A stretch of DNA of 64,000 bases, taken from the NCBI GenBank assembly GCA_020846335.1, contig JADLED010000087.1, forward strand, positions 9,032-73,031, read 5' to 3'. The translations under genes were made by a program, and so were the position numbers. The notes beneath the pieces were generated by a model. That model was not told the DNA's origin, made no database searches, and worked only from the letters and a program-made list of their open reading frames with translations. Source of the DNA: Bacteroidia bacterium. GTDB taxonomy: Bacteria; Bacteroidota; Bacteroidia; B-17B0; Aurantibacillaceae. Shown piece by piece: positions 47,423 to 58,087 of this stretch; positions within the stretch are counted from its first letter, which is position 1; each line of letters starts with the position of its first letter.

Positions 47423-48964
47423 ATGTTGGTTAAAACTTATGGATACGCCGTTCAGGGAATCAGTGCCACTAAAGTAACAGTAGAGGTAAGCATTGGCACC
47501 GGAATAAACTTTTACCTGGTGGGTTTGCCCGATAACGCGGTAAAAGAAAGTCATCAACGCATTGATACGGCACTGAAACAAAACGGGTACAAAATTCCCG
47601 GCAAACAAATTACTGTTAACATGGCTCCGGCCGATATCCGCAAAGAAGGGTCGGCCTACGATTTAACCATTGCCATTGGCATATTGGCGGCCAGCGAACA
47701 AATTCTGTCCGACAAAATTTCGGAGTACGTCATCATGGGCGAGCTGTCGTTGGACGGGGAAATCAGAGCCATTAAAGGTGCATTGCCTATTGCTATTAAT
47801 GCGCGGCAGGACGGCTTTAAAGGCATTATTCTACCCGAAGCTAATGCACAGGAAGCTGCCGTAGTGAGTGGTTTACAGGTGTTATGTGCCAACAACATTA
47901 AAAACGTAATTGAGTTTTTTAATGAAACCGGCCAATTGAGCGAAGCAAAAATAGATTTAACCGAGGCCTTTTTACAACATACTTCTAATACCGAATTTGA
48001 TTTTGCCGATGTAAAAGGTCAGGAAAACATAAAACGTGCCCTCGAAATTGCTGCTGCCGGCGGACACAACGCAATTTTAATTGGCCCACCCGGAGCCGGG
48101 AAAACGATGTTGAGTAAGCGCTTACCCAGTATTTTGCCGCCACTTACAATTGACGAAGCACTTGAAACCACCAAAATACACAGCGTGGCCGGAAAAACCG
48201 GAAAGAACGGCACCGGGCTGGTTACCCAACGCCCCTTTCGCTCACCACACCACACCATCAGCGACATTGCCCTGGTAGGTGGTGGCAACAATCCGCAACC
48301 CGGCGAAATAAGTTTGGCACACAACGGGGTTTTGTTTTTAGACGAGTTGCCCGAGTTTAAACGCACCGTTTTGGAAGTAATGCGACAACCCATCGAAGAC
48401 AGAGTGGTCACCATCAGTCGTGCCAAATTTAGTGTGGAATATCCCGCCAGTTTTATGTTGGTGGCCAGCATGAATCCTTGTCCCTGCGGCTATTACAACC
48501 ATCCCGAAAAAGAGTGCGTATGTTCGCCGGGCATCGTTCAAAAATACCTTAACAAAATAAGTGGCCCGCTGCTCGATAGAATTGATTTGCACATTGAAGT
48601 AACCCCGGTACCATTTAGCGAACTGAGTAAACAACAACAATCGGAGCTCAGCCAACACATCCGCGAAAGAGTTATTAAAGCGCGCTTAATACAAAGTCAA
48701 CGCTACGAGCAGGAAAGCCACATCCATTGCAACGCGCAAATGCGGAGCAAGGATTTAAAAAAATATTGCGCACTTAACGAAACAAGCGGCACCTTGCTGA
48801 AAAATGCTATGGAACGACTGGGGTTAAGCGCAAGGGCCTACGACCGTATTTTAAAAGTGGGACGTACCATAGCCGATTTGGATAATTCGGAAAACATTGA
48901 AACCAATCACATTGCCGAAGCCATACAATACCGTAGCCTCGACAGGGAAGGCTGGGCAGGATAG
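47423..48964 (+). CDS. comM: YifB/ComM Mg-chelatase-like AAA+ ATPase
   Basis: [49 protein letters not shown]. Confidence 0.93.
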   Translation: MLVKTYGYAVQGISATKVTVEVSIGTGINFYLVGLPDNAVKESHQRIDTALKQNGYKIPGKQITVNMAPADIRKEGSAYDLTIAIGILAASEQILSDKISEYVIMGELSLDGEIRAIKGALPIAINARQDGFKGIILPEANAQEAAVVSGLQVLCANNIKNVIEFFNETGQLSEAKIDLTEAFLQHTSNTEFDFADVKGQENIKRALEIAAAGGHNAILIGPPGAGKTMLSKRLPSILPPLTIDEALETTKIHSVAGKTGKNGTGLVTQRPFRSPHHTISDIALVGGGNNPQPGEISLAHNGVLFLDELPEFKRTVLEVMRQPIEDRVVTISRAKFSVEYPASFMLVASMNPCPCGYYNHPEKECVCSPGIVQKYLNKISGPLLDRIDLHIEVTPVPFSELSKQQQSELSQHIRERVIKARLIQSQRYEQESHIHCNAQMRSKDLKKYCALNETSGTLLKNAMERLGLSARAYDRILKVGRTIADLDNSENIETNHIAEAIQYRSLDREGWAG

Positions 48965-49239
48965 AAAACAGACAATTATCCACCTATAGTACCATCATCC
49001 TTATTTTTTGAATTAACCCGAAGTCATCCGAACGAAAACAATTCGGGATGTCATCTATAACCTTTCATAATCGCAAGACCGGTATGAATAACATGAAAAA
49101 TACCTGAACCTGTTATTCCCGGGGCAAGACAGAGCCTTTTATCAAAAAGGCTTTTAAAAAGTAAGATGCACCTTGAAATATTGAGTAGTTTTACCTCAGG
49201 AATTTTAATTTTACAGCATCCAGTTTTGTTGAGCAAGCA

Positions 49240-50307
49240 TTGAAAGAAGTTGACCAAATATTATTAGACCTTAAACGGCGAATTTTTAAGCCCATTTATT
49301 TTTTAAGTGGCGAAGAAACCCATTACATCGACGTACTAAGCGATTACATAGAACACCATGTGCTCGAAGAAGCCGACCGTGAATTTAATCAAACCGTGGT
49401 GTATGGTAAAGATGTGGATTTGGGCGGGGTTTTGGGTCTTGCCAAACAATTTCCGATGATGAGCGAGCACAATGTGGTAATTGTTAAGGAAGCTCAAAAT
49501 CTTAAAGAATTAAATAAAAGTGCGGGTGGCGATGATGAAGGCAGTTCCAAATCATCCAACTCGGCCAACAGTGTAAGCGCTCAATTTCTGCATTACATCA
49601 ATCATCCACAACCCAGCACCATTCTGGTATTTTGTTTCAGAAACAAAACCATTGATAAACGCAGTGCCATTGCCAAAGCCCTGCAAAAAAACGCGGTGTT
49701 TCTGGAATCCAAAAAATTATACGATAACCAGATACCCGAATGGATAGGCGCCTACGTAAAAGAAAAAGGATATACCATTGGCCCTAAAGCCACATTTTTA
49801 ATGTCGGAGTTTTTGGGCAACGACCTGGGTAAAATTTCCAACGAGGTAAATAAGTTATTGATTAGTTTGCCAAAAGGGCAGGAAATTACTGTGGAACTGG
49901 TGCAGGATAATATTGGCATTAGCAAGGACTACAATGTGTTTGAATTGCAGGATGCCCTGGCCAAACGCGATGTGTTAAAAGCCAACCGCATTGTTAATTA
50001 TTTTGCCGCCAACGAAAAAGATCATCCCGCACCTATGATACTGGTTACGCTGTATGGTTATTTCAGCAAAATTTTAAAATACCATTTTTTGCAGGACAAG
50101 AGCAAGTTTGCCGCAGCGGGCGCCCTGGGTGTTAACCCATTTTTTATTGAGGGCTATTCGCGGGCAGCCGCCAATTACAGCGCCGCCAAACTCAAACAAA
50201 TATTTTCGTATTTAAAAGAATGCGACCTAAAAACCAAGGGTGTAGATAACAGCACCATCAGCAATGGCGAATTGCTAAAAGAATTGGTGTATAAAATCCT
50301 GCATTAA
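49240..50307 (+). CDS. holA: DNA polymerase III delta subunit
   Basis: PIYFLSGEE, FNQTVVYGKD, FPMMSEHNVVIVKEAQ, DYNVFELQ. Confidence 0.92.
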   Translation: MKEVDQILLDLKRRIFKPIYFLSGEETHYIDVLSDYIEHHVLEEADREFNQTVVYGKDVDLGGVLGLAKQFPMMSEHNVVIVKEAQNLKELNKSAGGDDEGSSKSSNSANSVSAQFLHYINHPQPSTILVFCFRNKTIDKRSAIAKALQKNAVFLESKKLYDNQIPEWIGAYVKEKGYTIGPKATFLMSEFLGNDLGKISNEVNKLLISLPKGQEITVELVQDNIGISKDYNVFELQDALAKRDVLKANRIVNYFAANEKDHPAPMILVTLYGYFSKILKYHFLQDKSKFAAAGALGVNPFFIEGYSRAAANYSAAKLKQIFSYLKECDLKTKGVDNSTISNGELLKELVYKILH

Positions 50308-50387
50308 ACCTCCCTCCAAAACTTTCTCATAAAAACAAAGGTTACCTTTTTTTGTAAGGCGTATCAATAATAAAACCAATACACCTT

Positions 50388-51323
50388 ATGAAAGCGCCAA
50401 CATCGTTTCTTAGAACACTAAAAACTCTAACTATTTTTTTTGCGGTAACATTGCTGTTCAACGCTTGTGGTTCATCCAGCAAGGAAATGGAATACCGCGA
50501 AAATTCCAAAATGATGGCCGATTCCATTAACTCCTATGTGCCCGGCATTGCCACCGAAACCATAAATGGCATAAGTCACAACTTTATTAAAACCGCCGAC
50601 ATTAAATTTAAAGTATTGGATGTTTTAAAAAGCAGTAATAAAATAGAAGACCTTGTAAAAGCCCGCGGCGGCTACCTTGCCGAAAACTACATGCGCTCTG
50701 AAATAGAATCTTCGAATAGCATTAAAATAAGTGAGGACTCAATTCTTGAAATGAAACATTACACACTACTAAACGATATGGAGGTAAAAGTTCCAAAACA
50801 ACAACTGGACAGTGTGCTGCGCCAACTCAGTGCCATGGCAGTGTTTATCGATTACAGCAAACTAAAAGCCGAAGATGCCAAACTGAAACTTTATTCCAAC
50901 AAACTTGCCGAGAACAGGTTCAAAAAGTTTCAGCACCATGTTACGGAAAAGGTAAAAAATTCGACCGCCGATGTAAAAAAAACAACCATGGCCGAAGAAA
51001 AAGTACTTGCCGTGCAGGAACAATATGACGAAAACGAAATTGAAACTTATGACCTTGCAGACCGTGTTAATTATAGCACTCTAACCATTCACATTTATCA
51101 GGCACCTGCCACGTTTTCGCAACGCATTGCCCTTGCATCCGAACCGGAGGCTTACGAACCCTCGTTTTTTAGCAAAGCGGGCGCAGCATTTTTAAATGGC
51201 TTTAACATGTTGCTAAAACTATTACTATTTATAATTGATAGTTGGGGTGCAATTGTGTTTTTAATTTTATTCTTTCTCCTGGTAAAATTTGGCTTCAACT
51301 ACCTGAACCGAAAGACTAACTAA
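50388..51323 (+). CDS. DUF4349-like lipoprotein
   Basis: Lipobox LFNA-C; IKTADIKFKV, GGY, coiled coil, VNYSTLTI, C-terminal TM. Confidence 0.8.
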   Translation: MKAPTSFLRTLKTLTIFFAVTLLFNACGSSSKEMEYRENSKMMADSINSYVPGIATETINGISHNFIKTADIKFKVLDVLKSSNKIEDLVKARGGYLAENYMRSEIESSNSIKISEDSILEMKHYTLLNDMEVKVPKQQLDSVLRQLSAMAVFIDYSKLKAEDAKLKLYSNKLAENRFKKFQHHVTEKVKNSTADVKKTTMAEEKVLAVQEQYDENEIETYDLADRVNYSTLTIHIYQAPATFSQRIALASEPEAYEPSFFSKAGAAFLNGFNMLLKLLLFIIDSWGAIVFLILFFLLVKFGFNYLNRKTN

Positions 51324-51328
51324 TACAA

Positions 51329-51883
51329 CTATTTCTTCATGAATTTATTCGCCATGTTTAGCAGCGCTCTTGCCTCTTCATCTTCCAACTGCATGCCAAA
51401 CCGAATGTTTTTGCCCATGGCTGTAAATTCCAAACGTTCGCCACCTCTTATCCAAAAACTTTGATTAACAGTATCGGCAAGGCTGGTGCGGCTTAATTCA
51501 ATATAAGAAATTTTACTCACCAAATCCAGATTATATTCCTGCACTTTGCCACGCTTGTTTAATTCCCTTTGGTAATGCAGCACACCATCCTGTATCCATA
51601 ACTTCTCCTTGCCTCCGCGTTTCCACAAAAATGTTCTGAAAATATTAAACTCGAAATAGGCCCAAAACGAAAGGTAAATGATAATATACACTTTCATATT
51701 TTGATCCGTCATTTTAAAATAATTGGCCAACACAATAACCCCGCACACCGACCAGGCAAGCAACCACAAAAACATTAAAAATAATTTGCGTTTATCAGCA
51801 GTGGGTAAAATAACAATGCTCAATAAATTTTCTTTTTCCAGCACACTGATTCTTTTGCCAATCAACTTCATTCCTGTATTCAT
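51329..51883 (-). CDS. Hypothetical membrane protein (2 TM + PH-like region)
   Basis: Start moved to ATG 51883/51871, with a TAAATTTG -7 box just upstream; longer ORF overlaps the divergent gene. Confidence 0.75.
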   Translation of the reverse strand: MNTGMKLIGKRISVLEKENLLSIVILPTADKRKLFLMFLWLLAWSVCGVIVLANYFKMTDQNMKVYIIIYLSFWAYFEFNIFRTFLWKRGGKEKLWIQDGVLHYQRELNKRGKVQEYNLDLVSKISYIELSRTSLADTVNQSFWIRGGERLEFTAMGKNIRFGMQLEDEEARALLNMANKFMKK

Positions 51884-51894
51884 ATTATGTTCGG

Positions 51895-51912
51895 CAAATT
51901 TAATTAAATTCG
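51895..51912. promoter_or_regulatory. Back-to-back -7 elements for divergent genes
   Basis: Minus TAAATTTG (51895-51902) and plus TAAATTCG (51905-51912). Confidence 0.55.
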
Positions 51913-51929
51913 TACCACAACTCCACATT

Positions 51930-53360
51930 ATGCCTGAATTAAAACGAAGTTTAAACCTGTTCGATACAATTATGCTGGTATCGGGCAGCATGATAGGATC
52001 GGGCATATTTATTGTAAGCGCCGAAATGACCCGGATTTTGGGTTCGCCATTTTGGGTACTAATGTGTTGGTTGTTAAGTGGTGTCATTACTTTGTTTGCT
52101 GCTTTAAGTTACGGCGAACTGGCGGGCATGATGCCAAATGCCGGCGGACAGTTTATTTACCTGAAACGCGCCTATGGCAAACAGGTTGCTTTTGTTTATG
52201 GCTGGACGGTTTTTACAGTAATTCAAACCGGTGTAATAGCCGCTGTGGCTGTTGCATTTGCGCGGTATGTGGGCGTTTTTATCCCGTTTTTTGATGAAAG
52301 CCACAAACTGTTATCACTGGGCGATTTTAATATTTCAACCACACAAGTATTGGGCGTGGTATTAGTGCTGTTTCTCACTTATTTAAACACGCGTGGCATT
52401 AACAATGGAAAAATTATTCAACGCATTTTTACCAGCACCAAACTATTGGCATTATTGGGATTAATAATTGTTGGTTTTTTTGCTGCGAGTGAAAACAGCT
52501 ATTGGACAACCAACATGGCCCTGCCTTTTAATGGTGGCGAGTTGGATGGTGTTAATTATTCCGACGCGCTGATTGGCGCATTGGGCGTGGCACTCATCGG
52601 TTCATTGTTTAGCAGCGATGCCTGGAACAATGTCACCTTTATTGCCGGGGAAATTAAGCAACCTCAAAAAAACATTCCCCTTGGACTTTTAATTGGCGTG
52701 CTAATTGTTACCATACTTTACCTTTTGGCCAATGTGGCTTACTTTATGTTACTCCCCGCTATGGGAACGCCCAATGGTGCCACTGTTGTGGAAAGAGGAA
52801 TTGCCTATGCCACCAACGACAGGGTTGGCAGCGCGGCCATGTTTCCGGTTATGGGTAATTTGTCTTCATCCATTATGGCATTGCTCATTATTATTTCCAC
52901 CTTTGGTTGCAACAATGGTTTGATTCTTTCCGGTGCCCGTTTGTTTCAGGCCATGGCGGGCGAAGGCTTGTTTTTTAAAATGGCCGGCCAACTCAACGCA
53001 AAACTTGTGCCCTCAAAAGCCTTATGGTTGCAGGCCATTTGGGCTTCTGTGCTTTGCCTCAGTGGGTCCTATGGCAGCCTTTTGGGATACTCCACCTTTG
53101 CTTCGTTGGTATTTTACATGATAACCATTGCCGCTTTGTTTATCCTTCGAAAAAAAGAACCCAATGCCGAAAGGCCCTACAAGGCATTAGGGTATCCCCT
53201 AATTCCTGTTTTATACATTTTAATTACCTTGTGTATTTGCCTAGACCTTCTTATTTTTAAAACCAGGAATACCAGCCTGGGCTTAATCATTATGGGTATT
53301 GGTATTCCGGTGTACTACTTTTTCCGGAAACCTAAAGATGATAAACACCTTTCTCAGTAA
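51930..53360 (+). CDS. APC-family amino acid permease
   Basis: GSMIGSGIF, YGELAGMMPNAGG, PNAERPYK; start moved to ATG 51930. Confidence 0.93.
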   Translation: MPELKRSLNLFDTIMLVSGSMIGSGIFIVSAEMTRILGSPFWVLMCWLLSGVITLFAALSYGELAGMMPNAGGQFIYLKRAYGKQVAFVYGWTVFTVIQTGVIAAVAVAFARYVGVFIPFFDESHKLLSLGDFNISTTQVLGVVLVLFLTYLNTRGINNGKIIQRIFTSTKLLALLGLIIVGFFAASENSYWTTNMALPFNGGELDGVNYSDALIGALGVALIGSLFSSDAWNNVTFIAGEIKQPQKNIPLGLLIGVLIVTILYLLANVAYFMLLPAMGTPNGATVVERGIAYATNDRVGSAAMFPVMGNLSSSIMALLIIISTFGCNNGLILSGARLFQAMAGEGLFFKMAGQLNAKLVPSKALWLQAIWASVLCLSGSYGSLLGYSTFASLVFYMITIAALFILRKKEPNAERPYKALGYPLIPVLYILITLCICLDLLIFKTRNTSLGLIIMGIGIPVYYFFRKPKDDKHLSQ

Positions 53361-54246
53361 CTACTTCGGCTTTAACCGGCAACAACGCAATGGTCTTTTT
53401 GTGTTATCACTTATTAGTTTTATTTTGCTTTTAGTACGGTTGATTTATCCTGTATTTATTACACCCGATGACATTTTAATTGAACAACTGCCTTTAATTA
53501 AAAATACAATTGCAGTAAATTTAGTTGCTAATGATTCTGCAAAAAATAACCAACTTGAAAAATCGGAAGAAGGCAATTTATTTGTGTTTAACCCCAATAC
53601 GGTAAACTTTGAACAGCTTATAAAACTGGGATTTAAAGAAAAAACCGCCAAACGTTTCATTAAATTCAGAAGCAAAGGCTTTGTGTTTAAAACCAAAAAA
53701 GACCTTCAAAAAGTGTATGGCATTTCCGATGACTTTTATACGCAACTCGAAGCCTATATTTTAATCGATTCAAAGTCATCACACACACAGTTTGCAAAAA
53801 ATAATGCAAAAGATCCGGAAAGCCGCAACTTAAAAATAGTTTCAAAAAAACAAGCCGCTGTCACCGAGCTTAACTCGGCCGATAGCCTTGCTCTTATTGC
53901 CATTAATGGCATTGGCCCTTCGTTTGCCAAACGCATTTTAAAATACCGCAACGCTTTGGGCGGATTTGCAGTGCTTGAACAGTTAAAGGAAGTGTATGGT
54001 TTTACCGAAGAAATGTATGTGAAAATAAGTCCGCTGGTAAAGGTCAATCCATCCCTGATAAAAAAATTAAATCTGAGTAAAGACGATTTTAAAATCATTA
54101 ATAAACACCCCTACATTAGCTACGAACTCACCAAAAGTATTTTCGACTGGCGGCGCAAAACCGACATCACAGCGGCCAATTTAAAAGGCATTGTAAACAA
54201 CGACGAACTCTATCAAAAACTACTGCCTTATTTGAGCTTTGAATAG
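53338..54246 (+). CDS. ComEA-like helix-hairpin-helix protein
   Basis: N-terminal TM, FNPNT, LQKVYGIS, ELNSAD..INGIGPSFAKRI..LGGF HhH repeats. Confidence 0.88.
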   Translation: MINTFLSNYFGFNRQQRNGLFVLSLISFILLLVRLIYPVFITPDDILIEQLPLIKNTIAVNLVANDSAKNNQLEKSEEGNLFVFNPNTVNFEQLIKLGFKEKTAKRFIKFRSKGFVFKTKKDLQKVYGISDDFYTQLEAYILIDSKSSHTQFAKNNAKDPESRNLKIVSKKQAAVTELNSADSLALIAINGIGPSFAKRILKYRNALGGFAVLEQLKEVYGFTEEMYVKISPLVKVNPSLIKKLNLSKDDFKIINKHPYISYELTKSIFDWRRKTDITAANLKGIVNNDELYQKLLPYLSFE

Positions 54247-54303
54247 CTCCGCGAATGGGATATTTTCCTTAAATTAGTGCTTTTACAAGCATAAATTTTA
54301 CAC

Positions 54304-55740
54304 ATGAGCGATAAACAAAGAACCATTCAAAAATCCGTTTCCGTTTCGGGAGTGGGATTACACACAGGAATGCCCGTAACCCTTACATTTAACCCGGCTC
54401 CTGAAAACCATTGGTTTAAATTTCAACGTACCGATTTGGAAGGACATCCCATTATTGAGGCCGATGCCGACAATGTGGTTGACACTTCAAGGGGCACTAC
54501 CCTCGAAAAAAACGGCGCCAAAGTACACACCACCGAGCACGTTTTGGCCGCCCTCATTGGTTTAAAAATAGACAACTGCCTGATACAGTTAACCGGACCC
54601 GAAATGCCAATTATGGATGGCAGTTCAGCCAGGTTTATAGAAATGCTGGAAAGCGCCGGAATTATGGAACAACAAGCCGACCGCGAATACTTTGAATTAA
54701 GCGAAAACCTTACCTACGAAGACCCTGTAAAAAAAGTGGAAATGCTGGCGGTGCCGCAGGACGATTTCAGGGTTACCGTGATGGTGGATTACGGCAGCGA
54801 GGTTTTAGGCACACAACATGCGTCCATGTATCACCTCAGCGATTTTAAAACCGAAATTGCACCCTGCCGCACCTTTGTGTTTTTACGCGAACTGGAAGCA
54901 TTGTTGCAACATAACCTGATTAAAGGTGGCGACATGGACAATGCCATTGTGTTGGTGGACAGCGAACTGCCTCAGGAAAAGCTGGATTACCTGCGCAAAG
55001 TATTTAATAAGCCCGATGTAGAGGTTAAAGGACGTGGTGTTTTAAATAACACCAAGCTGCGTTTTTTTAACGAGCCTGCCCGCCACAAATTGCTCGACAT
55101 TGTTGGTGATTTAGCCCTTGTAGGCCGTCACGTAAAAATTCACGTACTCGCTGCGCGCCCTGGTCATGCGGGCAATGTATCGTTTGCCAAAAAAATAAAG
55201 CAGATGATTAAAGAGGAGCAAATGCGCAAAAAGAAAAACATTTACGAGCCTTACAACCTCAATAAAACCCCACTCTACGATGTGAATCAGATTCAGAAAA
55301 TATTGCCACACCGTCAGCCGTTTTTGTTTGTCGATAAAATTATGGAGATAAGTGAAGAGGGAATTGTGGGCGTTAAAAATGTGAGCATGAACGAGGAGTT
55401 TTTTAAAGGCCACTTCCCGGAGTCGCCTGTTTTTCCGGGTGTTTTGCAAATTGAAGCCATGGCACAAGTGGGTGGAATTTTTGCACTGAGCAAAGTGCCC
55501 GATCCTGAAAACTACCTGACATTTTTTATGAGCATTGATAAGGTAAAATTTAAAAATCAGGTAATCCCCGGCGATAGCATTGTGTTTAAACTTTCGTTGA
55601 TTACACCGATTCGTCGCGGCATAGTTCACATGAGGGGCGAGGCATTTGTGAGAGAGAAGCAGGTTATGGAAGCCGAAATGATGGCGCTGCTTTCGAAAGT
55701 AAAAGGAAAAGAAGTAAAACAAACCGCCGAAGCTGTATAA
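54304..55740 (+). CDS. lpxC-fabZ: Bifunctional UDP-3-O-acyl-GlcNAc deacetylase / 3-hydroxyacyl-ACP dehydratase
   Basis: GVGLHTG, TTEHVLA, HKLLDIVGD; LPHRQPF, GHFP, PGVLQIEAMAQ. Confidence 0.97.
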   Translation: MSDKQRTIQKSVSVSGVGLHTGMPVTLTFNPAPENHWFKFQRTDLEGHPIIEADADNVVDTSRGTTLEKNGAKVHTTEHVLAALIGLKIDNCLIQLTGPEMPIMDGSSARFIEMLESAGIMEQQADREYFELSENLTYEDPVKKVEMLAVPQDDFRVTVMVDYGSEVLGTQHASMYHLSDFKTEIAPCRTFVFLRELEALLQHNLIKGGDMDNAIVLVDSELPQEKLDYLRKVFNKPDVEVKGRGVLNNTKLRFFNEPARHKLLDIVGDLALVGRHVKIHVLAARPGHAGNVSFAKKIKQMIKEEQMRKKKNIYEPYNLNKTPLYDVNQIQKILPHRQPFLFVDKIMEISEEGIVGVKNVSMNEEFFKGHFPESPVFPGVLQIEAMAQVGGIFALSKVPDPENYLTFFMSIDKVKFKNQVIPGDSIVFKLSLITPIRRGIVHMRGEAFVREKQVMEAEMMALLSKVKGKEVKQTAEAV

Positions 55741-55743
55741 GAT

Positions 55744-56517
55744 ATGATTTCACCACTCGCGAACGTTAGTCCAAGAGCTAAAATTGGAAAAAATGTGACC
55801 ATCGAACCTTTTGCCACCATTTACGAAGACGTGGAAATTGGCGATAACACCTATATCCATCCCAACGCGCTTATTTATCCTGACACCATTATTGGTTCTG
55901 ATTGTAAAATATTTCCGGGTGCCGTAATCGGGATTATAAATCAGGATTTAAAATACAAAGGCGAAAAATCAAACACGGTTATTGGCAATAACACCACCAT
56001 CCGCGAATTTGCCACCATACACAAAGGTACCGCAGACCGCATGACCACTAAAGTTGGCAACAATTGCCTGATTATGTGCTACACGCATTTGGGCCACGAT
56101 TGCTCCATTGGCAACAATGTAATTATTGCCAACAATGGTAGCCTGGCCGGGCACATTACCGTGCAGGATTATGTGATTATTGAGGGCGTGGTAGCCGCAC
56201 AACAATTTGTAAACATTGGCGCACATTCGTTTGTGGCCGGGGCATCGTTAGTGCGAAAAAGCATTCCACCCTACATACGTGTGGCGCGCGAACCACTTCA
56301 GTTTATTGGGGTTAACACTATTGGCCTTACCCGCCGTGGTTTTGACAAGGAAACCATTAAACAAATAGAGGATATTTACCGGATTATTTTTGTGCGGGGG
56401 CACAACGTCAGCAACGCCATTGGGATAGTTGAAAGTGAAATGCCCGACACGCCCATTCGCCGGGAAATACTTGATTTTATTAGGGCTCAACAAGACGGCA
56501 TTGTAAAAGGCATTTAG
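55744..56517 (+). CDS. lpxA: UDP-N-acetylglucosamine acyltransferase
   Basis: Hexapeptide repeats, QDLKY, IREFATIHKGT, HLGHDC. Confidence 0.95.
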   Translation: MISPLANVSPRAKIGKNVTIEPFATIYEDVEIGDNTYIHPNALIYPDTIIGSDCKIFPGAVIGIINQDLKYKGEKSNTVIGNNTTIREFATIHKGTADRMTTKVGNNCLIMCYTHLGHDCSIGNNVIIANNGSLAGHITVQDYVIIEGVVAAQQFVNIGAHSFVAGASLVRKSIPPYIRVAREPLQFIGVNTIGLTRRGFDKETIKQIEDIYRIIFVRGHNVSNAIGIVESEMPDTPIRREILDFIRAQQDGIVKGI

Positions 56518-56556
56518 GCGATTGCTTAACGTAATTTACCTTGCAGCGAAAACACA

Positions 56557-57195
56557 TTGATTACAGTTTCATTAAATAATTTAGGAAAAAAGTTTAACCG
56601 CGAGTGGATTTTCAGAAATCTGGATTTTGAGATTCTACCCTGCGACAAGCTGGTGATACTGGGAGGAAACGGTTCGGGAAAATCAACACTGCTGCAGGTA
56701 ATCAGTGGGTTTGTGAGCCCTAACGAAGGCAGTCTTATTTATAAATCCGGCAACCAAAGCATAGAACCTGAAAACATTAAAAACTACATTTCCTTTGCTT
56801 CGCCTTACCTGCAATTAATTGAGGATTTTACCCTCGAAGAAATGATAGAACACGCGGCAAAGTTTAAACCTTTTTCAAATAATTTACCAGTTAAAGAAAT
56901 TATCGGTCTTATTGAATTAAGCCAGGCCAAAGGCAAATACATTAAACAATTTTCGAGTGGCATGAAACAACGCCTGAAACTGGGACTGGCCATACTGGCC
57001 GATACCCCGGTGTTGTTGCTGGATGAGCCGGTTTCTAACCTCGACAAAAAAGCCATTGAATGGTATGGCCAACTGATTAAAAATTACACTGCCAACCGCA
57101 CGGTAATTGTTTGTTCAAATGCTATTACCGAAGAATATTCCTTTTGCAACAGGCAGCTCGATGTAGCAGCTTTTAAGCCATCACCTAAATCCTGA
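56557..57195 (+). CDS. ABC-type ATPase
   Basis: GGNGSGKST, FSSGMKQR, LLLDEP. Confidence 0.92.
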   Translation: MITVSLNNLGKKFNREWIFRNLDFEILPCDKLVILGGNGSGKSTLLQVISGFVSPNEGSLIYKSGNQSIEPENIKNYISFASPYLQLIEDFTLEEMIEHAAKFKPFSNNLPVKEIIGLIELSQAKGKYIKQFSSGMKQRLKLGLAILADTPVLLLDEPVSNLDKKAIEWYGQLIKNYTANRTVIVCSNAITEEYSFCNRQLDVAAFKPSPKS

Positions 57196-57196
57196 A

Positions 57197-58087
57197 TTAT
57201 TTTACCACTTTTGTTTGGCTGGCCACCGAGGCCATATTAAACCAACCTATGGCTTTTGTTTTAGCGTTATTGGGCGTTACAATGTTTGTTTTTACATTTT
57301 CGGGTGTGGTGGCAAATAATCCGCCGTTATTAATTTGTGCGGCCGCCTGTACAAAAAAGAAATAAGTATCGCGCGAAATGGAATGAATTTCGACCTTGCA
57401 CCTATCAAACAATTTATAGGGCTTAAATCCTAAAAAAACAATGGGCGGTGTAAAGTCGGTTGAATCAACCGGAACACCGCTCACAGGGCCGTTGGTGCCA
57501 TCAATGGATAAATTAATATCGGAAGGTGCGTTAAACAGTGTGTCGTTTCTAAAGGTTTTCACCCAATAATAATCGGTATTACTGTCTGTTTTATCTTTGG
57601 CAATAAGGTAGCAAGAAAAAATGCCATCCTTTGCTGGTGGACCAAATCCTCCATTGTCGGCAGGCAGAGAAATAATGCTGTCGATTTTTGCCGCTCGTTT
57701 TTGCGTGGTAATAGAGGTGTAAACAACTCCATCCACACCAACTTCCAACTGATATTGGTGATTAACCACTGCCATGGTTTCGGTAGCGGCCGGTGTGTAA
57801 ACATAATTGCCATTGGAGGTATATGTAAACGTGTACTGTTTATTGTCGGTCATGTCCCTTAAAACTACCGAGGCATTTGGAACCGGAGGCGCCTCACGGT
57901 TACTGAAATAGCTATCGCTGGTGAGCACCCGAATGGTTTGCGGTGCAGCCAAATCGTTTACAAAAGCATCAATCACATAAATTTTAGATCCTTCGTCGAG
58001 TTTAACCTGCACCACATCTTCGCAGGAAGAAAATGTAACAACAAACGCAGCCAGAATAAAAGTTTTTAATATCGTTTTCATGTTCAT
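57197..58087 (-). CDS. DUF4249-like lipoprotein
   Basis: Lipobox TFSS-C-EDV; FATTPENVKTNI..AIGWF C-terminus; follows a TBDR. Confidence 0.85.
   Translation of the reverse strand: MNMKTILKTFILAAFVVTFSSCEDVVQVKLDEGSKIYVIDAFVNDLAAPQTIRVLTSDSYFSNREAPPVPNASVVLRDMTDNKQYTFTYTSNGNYVYTPAATETMAVVNHQYQLEVGVDGVVYTSITTQKRAAKIDSIISLPADNGGFGPPAKDGIFSCYLIAKDKTDSNTDYYWVKTFRNDTLFNAPSDINLSIDGTNGPVSGVPVDSTDFTPPIVFLGFKPYKLFDRCKVEIHSISRDTYFFFVQAAAQINNGGLFATTPENVKTNIVTPNNAKTKAIGWFNMASVASQTKVVK

Noticed and set aside
48019-48471. 150-aa minus-strand ORF and the other short ORFs nested in long genes
   Set aside because: Antisense or alternative-frame shadows of well-supported genes
55111-55722. 203-aa minus-strand ORF
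   Set aside because: Antisense shadow of lpxC-fabZ
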